Made by a program: the position numbers and the translations under genes
Source of the DNA: a virus
Length of the DNA: 35,590 nucleotides
Strand: one strand, 5' to 3'
IMG/VR virus record: IMGVR_UViG_3300045988_094110
The notes under the pieces: generated by a model
Told to the model about the DNA's origin: nothing
Seen by the model: only the letters and a program-made list of their open reading frames with translations
Databases searched by the model: none
In this document: one piece after another, positions 8,347-14,998 of the stretch
Numbering within the stretch: position 1 is the first letter of the stretch
Layout: every line of letters starts with the position of its first letter

Positions 8347-9518
8347 ACGCGGACGGCACGGTCACGGTCAACGCCTACAAGGGCCAGCCCGGCTACATTG
8401 AGGATGGCACGAACGGCGAGGTGCTGGTTGAGGTGCCGCTCTTCTATGTCTCCGGCATGTTGGATGTCAATCCGCGCGTGTCGGCTGTGCCGATGCCGGG
8501 ATTCCGCGCACCGCGGAAGTTCCAGAACGCGGACGGCTCCCTCAAGCAGAAGTGCTACCTGCCCGCGTTCCCCGGCAGCATCGGTGCGGACGGCAAGCTG
8601 CACAGCATTGCGGGCGTTGTCTCCACCGGCAACAAGACGATCTCGCAGTTCTTGGCTGCGGCCCGACTGTGGGGCGAAACCTACTGCATCAACACGAGCG
8701 CTGACTTTGAGGTGCTGGCCTACTTGATGATCGTGGTCTATGGCACCCGCAACGTCCAGGCTAAGATGCGCGGCGTCTCCAACCTGTACGCCACCGGCAT
8801 CGCCGTGACCGGCGCGCTGACCTCAGAGGCCGCCGTTATCGTTGCCAAGGGTGCGCTGGAGGTCGGCAATGTCATCTCCATCGGCACCGGCGGCGAGGGC
8901 GAGACCGTCGCCAGTCGGCGCATCGTCACCGCCATCGAGGCCATTGAGGGCGATACTGCCAATGTGAAGGCCGTGTTTACCGGCGACGCTGTGGCGACCA
9001 CCACCGATCACAAGGTCTGGCGCATCATGGAGGCAACCGGCACGGCTAACAGCGTCATCTCCACCTGTGGCAGTCCCGTCAGCAACACCGACGGCAAACA
9101 CAGCTTTGTGTTTTATGGCGTGGAAAATCCGCTGTACGGCAATCAGTGGCGCATGGAGTGCGACTGGAAACTGATTGACGGAGTCCCCTACTACTGCGAC
9201 GATCCGACTAAGTATCAGTGGAGCAGCGCCAACGACTACATCAAGCTGGATACGCTGACCCTGCCCGGTGAGGGCTGGGCAAAGAACCTCCAAGCGGATG
9301 AGCGCGTTCCCCAGTTGCAAATCACCAAAGAGGTCGGCGGCAGTTCGTCCACCTATCTGGCCGACTATTTCTACATCAACAAGAGCGGCACCCGCATCGT
9401 GCGGCGCGGCTGCTACTCCAGCAACGGGGATCCGGTCGGCGCATTCTACGTCGACCTCAGCAGCGATGCCTCGTGGTCCTGGTGGACCAGTTCGGCGGAC
9501 CTTTCTATTCCCGGTTAA
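8322..9518 (+). CDS. Tail fibre / receptor-binding protein, C-terminal part; DGR target carrying the VR at its C-terminus
   Basis: This frame is open upstream of ATG 8322, at least back to 8220. It reads ...QNDFDGVYPWAGMRRCC..., which joins naturally onto the upstream ORF. The last ~38 codons are the VR. Confidence 0.75.
   Translation: MRRCCCTLNADGTVTVNAYKGQPGYIEDGTNGEVLVEVPLFYVSGMLDVNPRVSAVPMPGFRAPRKFQNADGSLKQKCYLPAFPGSIGADGKLHSIAGVVSTGNKTISQFLAAARLWGETYCINTSADFEVLAYLMIVVYGTRNVQAKMRGVSNLYATGIAVTGALTSEAAVIVAKGALEVGNVISIGTGGEGETVASRRIVTAIEAIEGDTANVKAVFTGDAVATTTDHKVWRIMEATGTANSVISTCGSPVSNTDGKHSFVFYGVENPLYGNQWRMECDWKLIDGVPYYCDDPTKYQWSSANDYIKLDTLTLPGEGWAKNLQADERVPQLQITKEVGGSSSTYLADYFYINKSGTRIVRRGCYSSNGDPVGAFYVDLSSDASWSWWTSSADLSIPG
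9392..9506 (+). repeat. DGR variable region (VR)
   Basis: 115 nt align without gaps to 9602-9716 (offset 210) with 10 mismatches. 8 of the 10 are at TR adenines. Confidence 0.9.
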
Positions 9519-9527
9519 GCGGGGGAT

Positions 9528-9551
9528 CGCGGGGGCAGCAAAGCCCCCGCG
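9528..9551 (+). other. GC-rich hairpin just 3' of the VR (cGCGGGGGC-agcaaa-GCCCCCGCg), a DGR target-recognition-type hairpin
   Basis: 9-bp perfect stem, 6-nt loop, no following T-run, 22 nt after the VR end. Confidence 0.6.
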
Positions 9552-9601
9552 CACTATGTAAGTTTGACATCATCCGGGACAGGCTAACGGTCTCATCATC
9601 G

Positions 9602-9716
9602 CCGCATCGTGCTGCGCGGCAGCAACTCCAACAACGGGGATCAAGTCGGCGCATTCTACGTCAACCTCAACAGCGATGCCTCGTTGTCCTGGTGGAACAG
9701 TTCGGCGGACCTTTCT
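9602..9716 (+). repeat. DGR template repeat (TR)
   Basis: This is a non-coding copy of the VR. In VR phase it contains six AAC codons plus CAA. I count about 23 adenines in it. Confidence 0.9.
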
Positions 9717-9858
9717 TTGGCTGCAATCCTTGCGGATTGTAGGCGACCTTTACAGCGAGACCGGGATGCCTTAGCCCTAGCTAAAAATTGGCCCATCCGG
9801 CAGCCCTAGTAGACGCGCCAGCGGACGAACCGGCTGGAGGCCAAAGAAAGACTATAAA
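9717..9858 (+). ncRNA. DGR spacer (Sp) RNA region between TR and RT
   Basis: Non-coding. It has local hairpins CAATCC-ttgc-GGATTG (9724-9739) and CCAGC-N10-GCTGG (9819-9838). There is also an 11-nt perfect complementarity between 9711-9721 and 9840-9850. Confidence 0.5.
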
Positions 9859-10926
9859 ATGCCTAAGCGCATCGGAAATTTAAAGCCGGTCATGGTTGAC
9901 CGGGAATTTATACGGAGGTGTATGGTAGATCATGCGAAAAAGAGGATGCACGACCCGACCACGCTGCCCGCCTTGACGCACATTGAGACGTGCATCGACC
10001 AGGTGCAGCACTGGATCATCTACGGCGGCTGGACGCCCAGCGAACCGATACACACCCAGCACTATGAGCCGAGTAACGGCAAGCTGCGGGACATTGACTA
10101 TGTGCCGTACTGGCCGGACGGGGTCATGCACTGGGTACTGATTGAGGCGATCTATGACGTGGTCGTGCCTAAGATGGGCCCCTACTGCATAGCGGGCATC
10201 AAGGGCCGAGGGCCGCACAGCGCCGCCAAACAAGTGGCGCGGTGGATGAAAACGGACCGCGCTGGGATGAAGTACGGCGCAGAGTTGGACATACACCATT
10301 GCTTCCCCGAAAGCGACCACGATTTTATAGAGTACGGCTATAGGCAGCTGATAAAAGATAAATACTGGCTGCGTATGGCTGACGCCGTCGTGGACAGTTT
10401 TCCCAACGGCTTGCCGATTGGATATGTGACGTCGCACTGGTTCCAAAATCTTGCCATGACGGCGTTTGACCGCTATGTGCGGGGTCTGGACGGCGTGGAG
10501 CATTATTATCGCTATGTTGACAACGTTCATCTGTACGGCCCAAACAAGCGAAAGCTGCACCGCGCCCTGGAGGCTGCAATGGAGTGGTTGGCGGCGGCTG
10601 ACTACGCTTGCAATACCTGCTGGCAGGTCTACCGCACCGACTACATAGACGCCGACGGCAAGCACCGAGGCCGCGCCCTAGATGGGCTGGGTTTTGTGAT
10701 TTACTGCGACCACACGATCTACCGCAAGCGCACCACGCGGCGGCTGATCCGGCTGTGTCTCAACATCAAGGCCCGCCCGCATGGTGTGCCGACGCCGCAT
10801 CAAGCCAGGCAGGCCGCGTGTCGCATCGGCCAGCTGAAACACGCTAATATGCACCGATTCCGCGTGAAATACGTTGACGGTGTTGTGAGTTATCGCAAAA
10901 TTAGAAAGGTGGTACAAAATGCTTAA
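9859..10926 (+). CDS. DGR-type reverse transcriptase
   Basis: 355 aa. RT motifs read as LDIHHCF (A), GLPIGYVTSHWFQNL (DGR-like motif 4) and YRYVDNVHLYG (motif C, non-canonical YVDN). It sits directly after the TR. Confidence 0.85.
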   Translation: MPKRIGNLKPVMVDREFIRRCMVDHAKKRMHDPTTLPALTHIETCIDQVQHWIIYGGWTPSEPIHTQHYEPSNGKLRDIDYVPYWPDGVMHWVLIEAIYDVVVPKMGPYCIAGIKGRGPHSAAKQVARWMKTDRAGMKYGAELDIHHCFPESDHDFIEYGYRQLIKDKYWLRMADAVVDSFPNGLPIGYVTSHWFQNLAMTAFDRYVRGLDGVEHYYRYVDNVHLYGPNKRKLHRALEAAMEWLAAADYACNTCWQVYRTDYIDADGKHRGRALDGLGFVIYCDHTIYRKRTTRRLIRLCLNIKARPHGVPTPHQARQAACRIGQLKHANMHRFRVKYVDGVVSYRKIRKVVQNA

Positions 10927-11344
10927 ATGTGAGTGCAACGAAAAACACGCCCGCCTTGAGTGCGAGCCGCTGCCCAACGGTCTGACGTTGGTGCGCGTCT
11001 ACGAGGATGAGCAGGAGGTCACCCGCGAGGCTGTGTCCAACATGGACACGCCCTGGCACGGGTACAGCTACACGACATACGAGACGGTCACGCAGGTGCC
11101 CGATGGGCGGGTTGACGTTGACGCCTGGGCCGCGCTGGTCAAGCAGGCCGACCATGACGCTGCTGCCGCTGCCGTGCGCGCTGAGCGGGACAAGCTGATT
11201 GCCGCGACCGACTGGACAGTGCTGGGCGATGCCAAGACGGTGAAGGCCGACTGGAAGGCCTACCGGCAGGCCCTGCGGGATGTGCCCGAGCAGGCCAGCT
11301 TCCCCTACGCGGTGGAATGGCCCACGCCGCCGGTGGAAGAATGA
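10919..11344 (+). CDS. Tail fibre assembly / chaperone-like protein
   Basis: 141 aa. The C-terminal motif RAERDKLIAATDW...WKAYRQALRDVPEQASFPYAVEWPTPP is typical of phage tail-fibre assembly chaperone domains. Confidence 0.55.
   Translation: MLKCECNEKHARLECEPLPNGLTLVRVYEDEQEVTREAVSNMDTPWHGYSYTTYETVTQVPDGRVDVDAWAALVKQADHDAAAAAVRAERDKLIAATDWTVLGDAKTVKADWKAYRQALRDVPEQASFPYAVEWPTPPVEE
11033..11049. repeat. 17-bp palindrome family copy 2: GTGTCCA-aca-TGGACAC (perfect)
   Basis: Read directly. It is in a CDS in the same codon phase as copy 1 (V-S-N-M-D-T). Confidence 0.9.
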
Positions 11345-11469
11345 GCGAGGAAGCAGATCTGCTGGCGCGGGTGATGCTTGTGCTGTGGGACTACCGCGAG
11401 GCCATACCGGCCGCGCGGGATCTGCTGGATGAGTATGAAGCGCTGGTGATGGATACGGATGAGGGATAG
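11341..11469 (+). CDS. Small hypothetical protein (42 aa)
   Basis: ATGA overlap with the upstream stop. It fills the gap before the endolysin. It is below the ORF-track length cut-off. Confidence 0.3.
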   Translation: MSEEADLLARVMLVLWDYREAIPAARDLLDEYEALVMDTDEG

Positions 11470-11472
11470 AAA

Positions 11473-12261
11473 ATGAAACAGAACGGTATTTTTTTAGGCC
11501 GCACGGAAATCCTGTACAACTATGGCCGCTATGGCTATACGCGCGGCAACGGAAAGACGTGGCACGGCGGCGTTGACGTTGTCGGCTTGGATGACGCCTA
11601 TGTGCGGATGCCCTACTACCAGAACGATGACGGCACGCTGCGCAGCATCTCCGCCACGATCCGGCGCGCACGGTGCATCACCGATCACAATGATAAAACG
11701 TGGGAGTGGGGCAACTACGTCGGCGCGCTGTTCGATGCCAACCAGACGCCGGACGACATCAATTATTTGGTCATGGCGCACAACGCCAAGTTGATCGTGG
11801 AAGAGGGCCAGCACGTCAAGAGCGGCGACATCCTGGCCGTGATGGGCAACACCGGCAACGCGGCGGGCGGCTATAAGCACGTCCACCTGGAGGCCAGAAA
11901 CACCGTCACCGGGCGCGGTGTTGACCCCACACGGTACAGCGGCACACGCAACGCTGTGGGCGTTTACGGTGCGGCTGACAACGGCAGCACCGAGCAGATC
12001 AGCGACAAGCCCACCGGCAAGACGATGCAGTGCTTGATGATTGGGCCGCTGGACACGCGGGGCATGAACAAATGCGACGCGCTGGCCGTTAAGCTGCGGC
12101 TTATCAGCGCAAGCCGCTACTATGTGCTGCCGGTCGGCACGGAGACGTACTGCGTCTGCGTTGGTGCAGTAAGCAACGGTGACGCGGTGAGCTTCTACCA
12201 GTTGGCCGAGGCCGAGGGCTGGACGAAAGACAACAAATATTTGGCCCGGTATGTGGGCTGA
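11473..12261 (+). CDS. Endolysin, M23 peptidase family, with a C-terminal putative wall-binding domain
   Basis: WHGGVDV, GNTGNAAG and HVHLE motifs, with RBS GAGGGA upstream. It is immediately followed by the holin. Confidence 0.75.
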   Translation: MKQNGIFLGRTEILYNYGRYGYTRGNGKTWHGGVDVVGLDDAYVRMPYYQNDDGTLRSISATIRRARCITDHNDKTWEWGNYVGALFDANQTPDDINYLVMAHNAKLIVEEGQHVKSGDILAVMGNTGNAAGGYKHVHLEARNTVTGRGVDPTRYSGTRNAVGVYGAADNGSTEQISDKPTGKTMQCLMIGPLDTRGMNKCDALAVKLRLISASRYYVLPVGTETYCVCVGAVSNGDAVSFYQLAEAEGWTKDNKYLARYVG

Positions 12262-12932
12262 TGGAGGGCAAAGATATGGAAAACAGCAACAATACCTTTT
12301 TGGCGGCGAAAGCGGCCATTGCGGCGGTCTGTGGGGCGTTCACGGCGGCGTTTGGCTGGCTGGGGTGGCTGGTGGCGGCCTGGGCCGTCTGCATGGTGCT
12401 GGATTGGCTTAGCGGCAGTGCAGCGGCAGCAAGCCGCGGCGAGTGGTCGAGTGCCGTAGCCCGCGCGGGAATTTGGCACAAAGCGGGGATGCTGGTGGTG
12501 GTCGTAGTGGCCGCGCTGACGGACGCAGTATTGAGCATTGCCGTGGCAAACCTGCCGGGGCTGGGGCTGACGTACTCGAGCCTGATTCTGCCGGTGGTAC
12601 TGGTGTGGTACATTTTTACCGAGTTAGGCAGCATTGCCGAAAACGCCGCCGAAATGGGCGCGAATGTGCCGGAGTGGCTGCTGAAGCTGCTTGCCGCTGG
12701 GAAAAGCGCAGCGGACAAGAGCGCGGGCGGTATTACCGTGGAAACCGGGAAAAATGCGGACGGCTCCCCTATTGGGCATCTGGTTGCAACACAACTGGAT
12801 GAGTTGAAAATGGAAGATTTGGAGCAGCTGGCAATCGACATGGGGCTGACTGTGCAGGACGGCGCGAAGCGTGCGGATTTAATTGCGCAGATCAGTGCAG
12901 AGCCGGTGAAGGTACCGAACGTCAGGAAGTAA
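12261..12932 (+). CDS. Holin (phage_holin_4_1-like) with a C-terminal HeH/Rho_N-like extension
   Basis: It has several hydrophobic helices and the motif IFTELGSIAENAAEMG. The C-terminal tail LDELKMEDLEQLAIDMGLTVQDGAKRADLIAQI resembles Rho N-terminal/HeH motifs. An alternative start is ATG 12276, after GGAGGG. Confidence 0.7.
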   Translation: MEGKDMENSNNTFLAAKAAIAAVCGAFTAAFGWLGWLVAAWAVCMVLDWLSGSAAAASRGEWSSAVARAGIWHKAGMLVVVVVAALTDAVLSIAVANLPGLGLTYSSLILPVVLVWYIFTELGSIAENAAEMGANVPEWLLKLLAAGKSAADKSAGGITVETGKNADGSPIGHLVATQLDELKMEDLEQLAIDMGLTVQDGAKRADLIAQISAEPVKVPNVRK

Positions 12933-12937
12933 AACAA

Positions 12938-12976
12938 GCGGCAGGCTGCCCGATGTGGGTGGCCTGCCGCTTTTTT
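12938..12976 (+). terminator. Rho-independent terminator of the late/lysis operon
   Basis: GCGGCAGGC-N15-GCCTGCCGC followed by TTTTTT. Confidence 0.8.
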
Positions 12977-12999
12977 ACGGTGATTTTTGGGGCAAATTA

Positions 13000-13047
13000 C
13001 TACGAACTTTTTACGAACTTTTGGCCGATTACGAACCATTTACGAAG
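13000..13047 (+). repeat. Four direct TTACGAA(C/G) repeats, candidate integrase arm-type sites in attP
   Basis: ctacgaac at 13000, ttacgaac at 13011 and 13029, ttacgaag at 13040 (spacings 11, 18, 11). A further ttacga lies at ~13216, on the int side. Confidence 0.45.
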
Positions 13048-13093
13048 CATTATCTTACAGTATTTGACAGTATATAACACTATCAGACAAATG

Positions 13094-13138
13094 AAAAACC
13101 GCGATACAGCAACCTTTGCAGGTTGTATCGCGGTTTTT
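13094..13138. terminator. Bidirectional terminator hairpin (downstream of int on the minus strand)
   Basis: CCGCGATACA...TGTATCGCGG stem, flanked by AAAAA upstream and TTTTT downstream. Confidence 0.65.
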
Positions 13139-13142
13139 ACAT

Positions 13143-13170
13143 TGGCGGAGTAAGAGAGATTTGAACTCTT
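13143..13170 (-). other. tRNA 3'-end-like segment, candidate attP core
   Basis: The minus strand reads aagag-TTCAAAT-ctctc-ttactcc-g-CCA. That is a T-stem/loop, a 7-nt acceptor strand, a discriminator and CCA. No 5' half is present. It is adjacent to int. Confidence 0.4.
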
Positions 13171-13247
13171 AAAAAACTACGCCAGAGCGACAAACAATAC
13201 AATACTGCGAACAATTTACGATGCCTATTTGATTTCTCTTTTCCACG

Positions 13248-14360
13248 TTATTGATTTGTAAAATAACTGTTTAAAATGTCTGCGGCTTCATCGACGGCGC
13301 GGGCCTTGGCCTCGGCGTACCAGCGCTGGGTTGTCAGGATGTCGGCGTGGCCCATCAGCTCCTTGATGACCACAGGGCTGATGCCGCACTCCACCAGCAC
13401 GCCCGCAAACTCGTGCCGGAGCTGGTGGGCGGTGAAGTCGGCCTCCAGCACGGCCTTGTAGAGTGCCTCGCCGGTGACGCTGGTCTTGCCGGTTTTATAG
13501 CGCTTGCCGCTGTCGTGGGCGCGCCCAATGCTGATGCAGTATTGCCGCCATGCGTTTTCGTACCGGCTTTTGGTGTAGGGCCGCGCGCCGCCAAAAATAA
13601 AATCATCGTCCGCCAGATCGTCCAGCCGGCCGGCAAGCACATCCGCCAGCGGCTGCAGGATCGGCACCGTGCGCAGGGCGCTGGCAGTCTTGGGTGGCTC
13701 CAACACCGGCGTGTTGGAGTGCCAGACTACCGCCTTTGTCACGCTGATTTTTCCCCCGGCTAAATCGCGCTTCTGCAGCGCCATCACCTCGCCCAGGCGC
13801 AGGCCGGCATACATCATCATGGCGGGGCATAGCCCAAAGCCCTCGGGGTGGGCTTTTACATCGGCAATTTCCTCCTCAGTGGGGGCGCGGCGCTTTTTCT
13901 GGGGCAGCCCTTGGGGGAGCTTGAGCAGTGTGCAGGGATTGGTGTCGCCGTTCATCTCGGCGCACCAATACTGCCAGATCAGGGAGAGCACCGACTTCTG
14001 CCCGGCAATGCTTTTATAGGCATAGCCCTGCGCGGCCATGTGCATCAGCTCGCGGTTGATGTCGGTGCTGGTGATCTCGCGCATGCCCTGCCCCTCAAAC
14101 CAGCCCTTGGCGAGCTCCACCTTATGGCGGTAGCCTCGGCGGGAGCCATACTTGATGCACGGCTCCTTGGCGCGCCAGAACGCCTCTGCGACCTCGCAGA
14201 AGGGGTCCCCCCTGTCCCGGCGGGTGCTGGCTTCTATGAGGGCCGCATCGATCTTGGCCTGCACCTCCTTTGCGGTGCGGCCGTAGAAGTGGCGGGTCTT
14301 GCCATCAATAACGCGGCAGCGCTCGATCAGGCCGTCCGCGCGTTTTTTCGTTTTTGCCAT
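13248..14360 (-). CDS. int: Tyrosine recombinase / phage integrase
   Basis: 370 aa. The C-terminus has AHQLRHEFAGVL...LMGHADILTTQRWY (the R..HxxR..Y catalytic pattern). RBS AAGGAGG is upstream. Confidence 0.9.
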   Translation of the reverse strand: MAKTKKRADGLIERCRVIDGKTRHFYGRTAKEVQAKIDAALIEASTRRDRGDPFCEVAEAFWRAKEPCIKYGSRRGYRHKVELAKGWFEGQGMREITSTDINRELMHMAAQGYAYKSIAGQKSVLSLIWQYWCAEMNGDTNPCTLLKLPQGLPQKKRRAPTEEEIADVKAHPEGFGLCPAMMMYAGLRLGEVMALQKRDLAGGKISVTKAVVWHSNTPVLEPPKTASALRTVPILQPLADVLAGRLDDLADDDFIFGGARPYTKSRYENAWRQYCISIGRAHDSGKRYKTGKTSVTGEALYKAVLEADFTAHQLRHEFAGVLVECGISPVVIKELMGHADILTTQRWYAEAKARAVDEAADILNSYFTNQ

Positions 14361-14385
14361 GTAAAAACCTCCTTATAGATACACT

Positions 14386-14414
14386 TTGACAAGCGTGTCC
14401 GGAGGTGATACAAT
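14386..14414 (+). promoter_or_regulatory. Strong sigma70-type promoter pointing away from int (TTGACA-17-TACAAT)
   Basis: TTGACA at 14386-14391, a 17-nt spacer, TACAAT at 14409-14414. Confidence 0.55.
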
Positions 14415-14420
14415 ACAGAT

Positions 14421-14502
14421 GCTGGTCGGTATTGTGTCCACTCCGGACACGCTGATCTTGAATGCCTGCGGTGTTGGTAGCGCCGCGGGCGTTTTTTATT
14501 TT
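14421..14502 (+). ncRNA. Candidate ~80-nt small RNA, antisense to the int leader
   Basis: It would start ~7 nt after the -10 box. It contains the GTGTCCActcCGGACAC hairpin. It ends at a short GC hairpin (14479-14493) followed by TTTTTTATTTT. Confidence 0.3.
14434..14450. repeat. 17-bp palindrome family copy 3: GTGTCCA-ctc-cGGACAC (1 mismatch)
   Basis: Read directly. Intergenic, upstream of int. It is also the inner part of a larger inverted repeat, agcgtgtccggag (14392-14404) / ctccggacacgct (14441-14453). Confidence 0.8.
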
Positions 14503-14630
14503 AAACTTTCGCCGTTTGCCCAGATGCGGAACTGCGTTGCCCGGCGGGTCGCGCTGTGCTTTTTTTAAACTACCGAGAAATCCTCGGCGGTGTTTAAATT
14601 GGAAATTCAAAGCTGTTGGGTTTGCAACTG

Positions 14631-14897
14631 TCACTCCAGTTTTTCAAATACCATAGTTGCCTGAATACGGTCACCGCCCATCAGGCCCTTGCTGCCGCTG
14701 CTGGTAGTAGAAATCGTGTGCAGGCGATACCCCTTTGCAGCCTGCTCATTGATGACATTTTCCAATTCCGTCAGATTGCCGGAGCCGGTTCCGATAAATT
14801 TTTCTTTCAGGACGACTTGCAGCACAACATAATGGTAGTTATTGCCGGATGCCCTGGAAAATGTGGATTCCTCCTGAAGTGTGTCAAAAATGCCCAT
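14631..14897 (-). CDS. DUF4177-like small protein
   Basis: 88 aa with RBS AGGAGGT 7 nt upstream. The pattern YHYVVL...LENVINEQAAKGYRLHTIS...MVFEKL resembles DUF4177. Confidence 0.5.
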   Translation of the reverse strand: MGIFDTLQEESTFSRASGNNYHYVVLQVVLKEKFIGTGSGNLTELENVINEQAAKGYRLHTISTTSSGSKGLMGGDRIQATMVFEKLE

Positions 14898-14935
14898 AAT
14901 AAGTACCTCCTATTTTATACCGCTGCTGCGGTTTG

Positions 14936-14998
14936 TTACAACTTCCTGCACAGGCCAACAGCTTTGCCTTCGATAGAGATTTTGTCAAGCTTGGGGTC
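14936..14998 (-). pseudogene. Remnant 3' end of a second S24-repressor allele (20 codons plus stop)
   Basis: The minus strand reads DPKLDKISIEGKAVGLCRKL*. The intact repressor ends ...TITIEGKAVGLCRKL*. Identity is 34/39 nt over the last 13 codons, and all differences are synonymous. Confidence 0.8.

Noticed and set aside
9473-9809. ORFs 9473-9742 and 9609-9809, which translate to a fibre-like peptide (LRGSNSNNGDQVGAFYVNLNSDASLSWWNSSADLS)
   Set aside because: The peptide similarity exists only because the TR is a nucleotide copy of the VR. There is no RBS and no start in a sensible context. The region is the non-coding DGR template RNA.
10919-11344. Possible Avd accessory protein of the DGR
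   Set aside because: The sequence has the tail-fibre assembly chaperone C-terminal motif (…DW…YRQALRDVPEQ…FP..VEWP) rather than a basic four-helix-bundle Avd pattern. It also lies after the RT rather than before the TR.
13698-13719. Perfect 9-4-9 palindrome CTCCAACAC-cggc-GTGTTGGAG inside int
   Set aside because: It is a single occurrence within a coding region. One such 9-bp inverted repeat is roughly what chance predicts in 35 kb, once all loop sizes are allowed.
14535-14546. 12-mer gcccggcgggtc shared with 28376-28387
   Set aside because: In G+C-rich DNA of this length, dozens of repeated 12-mers are expected by chance. The flanks are not similar.
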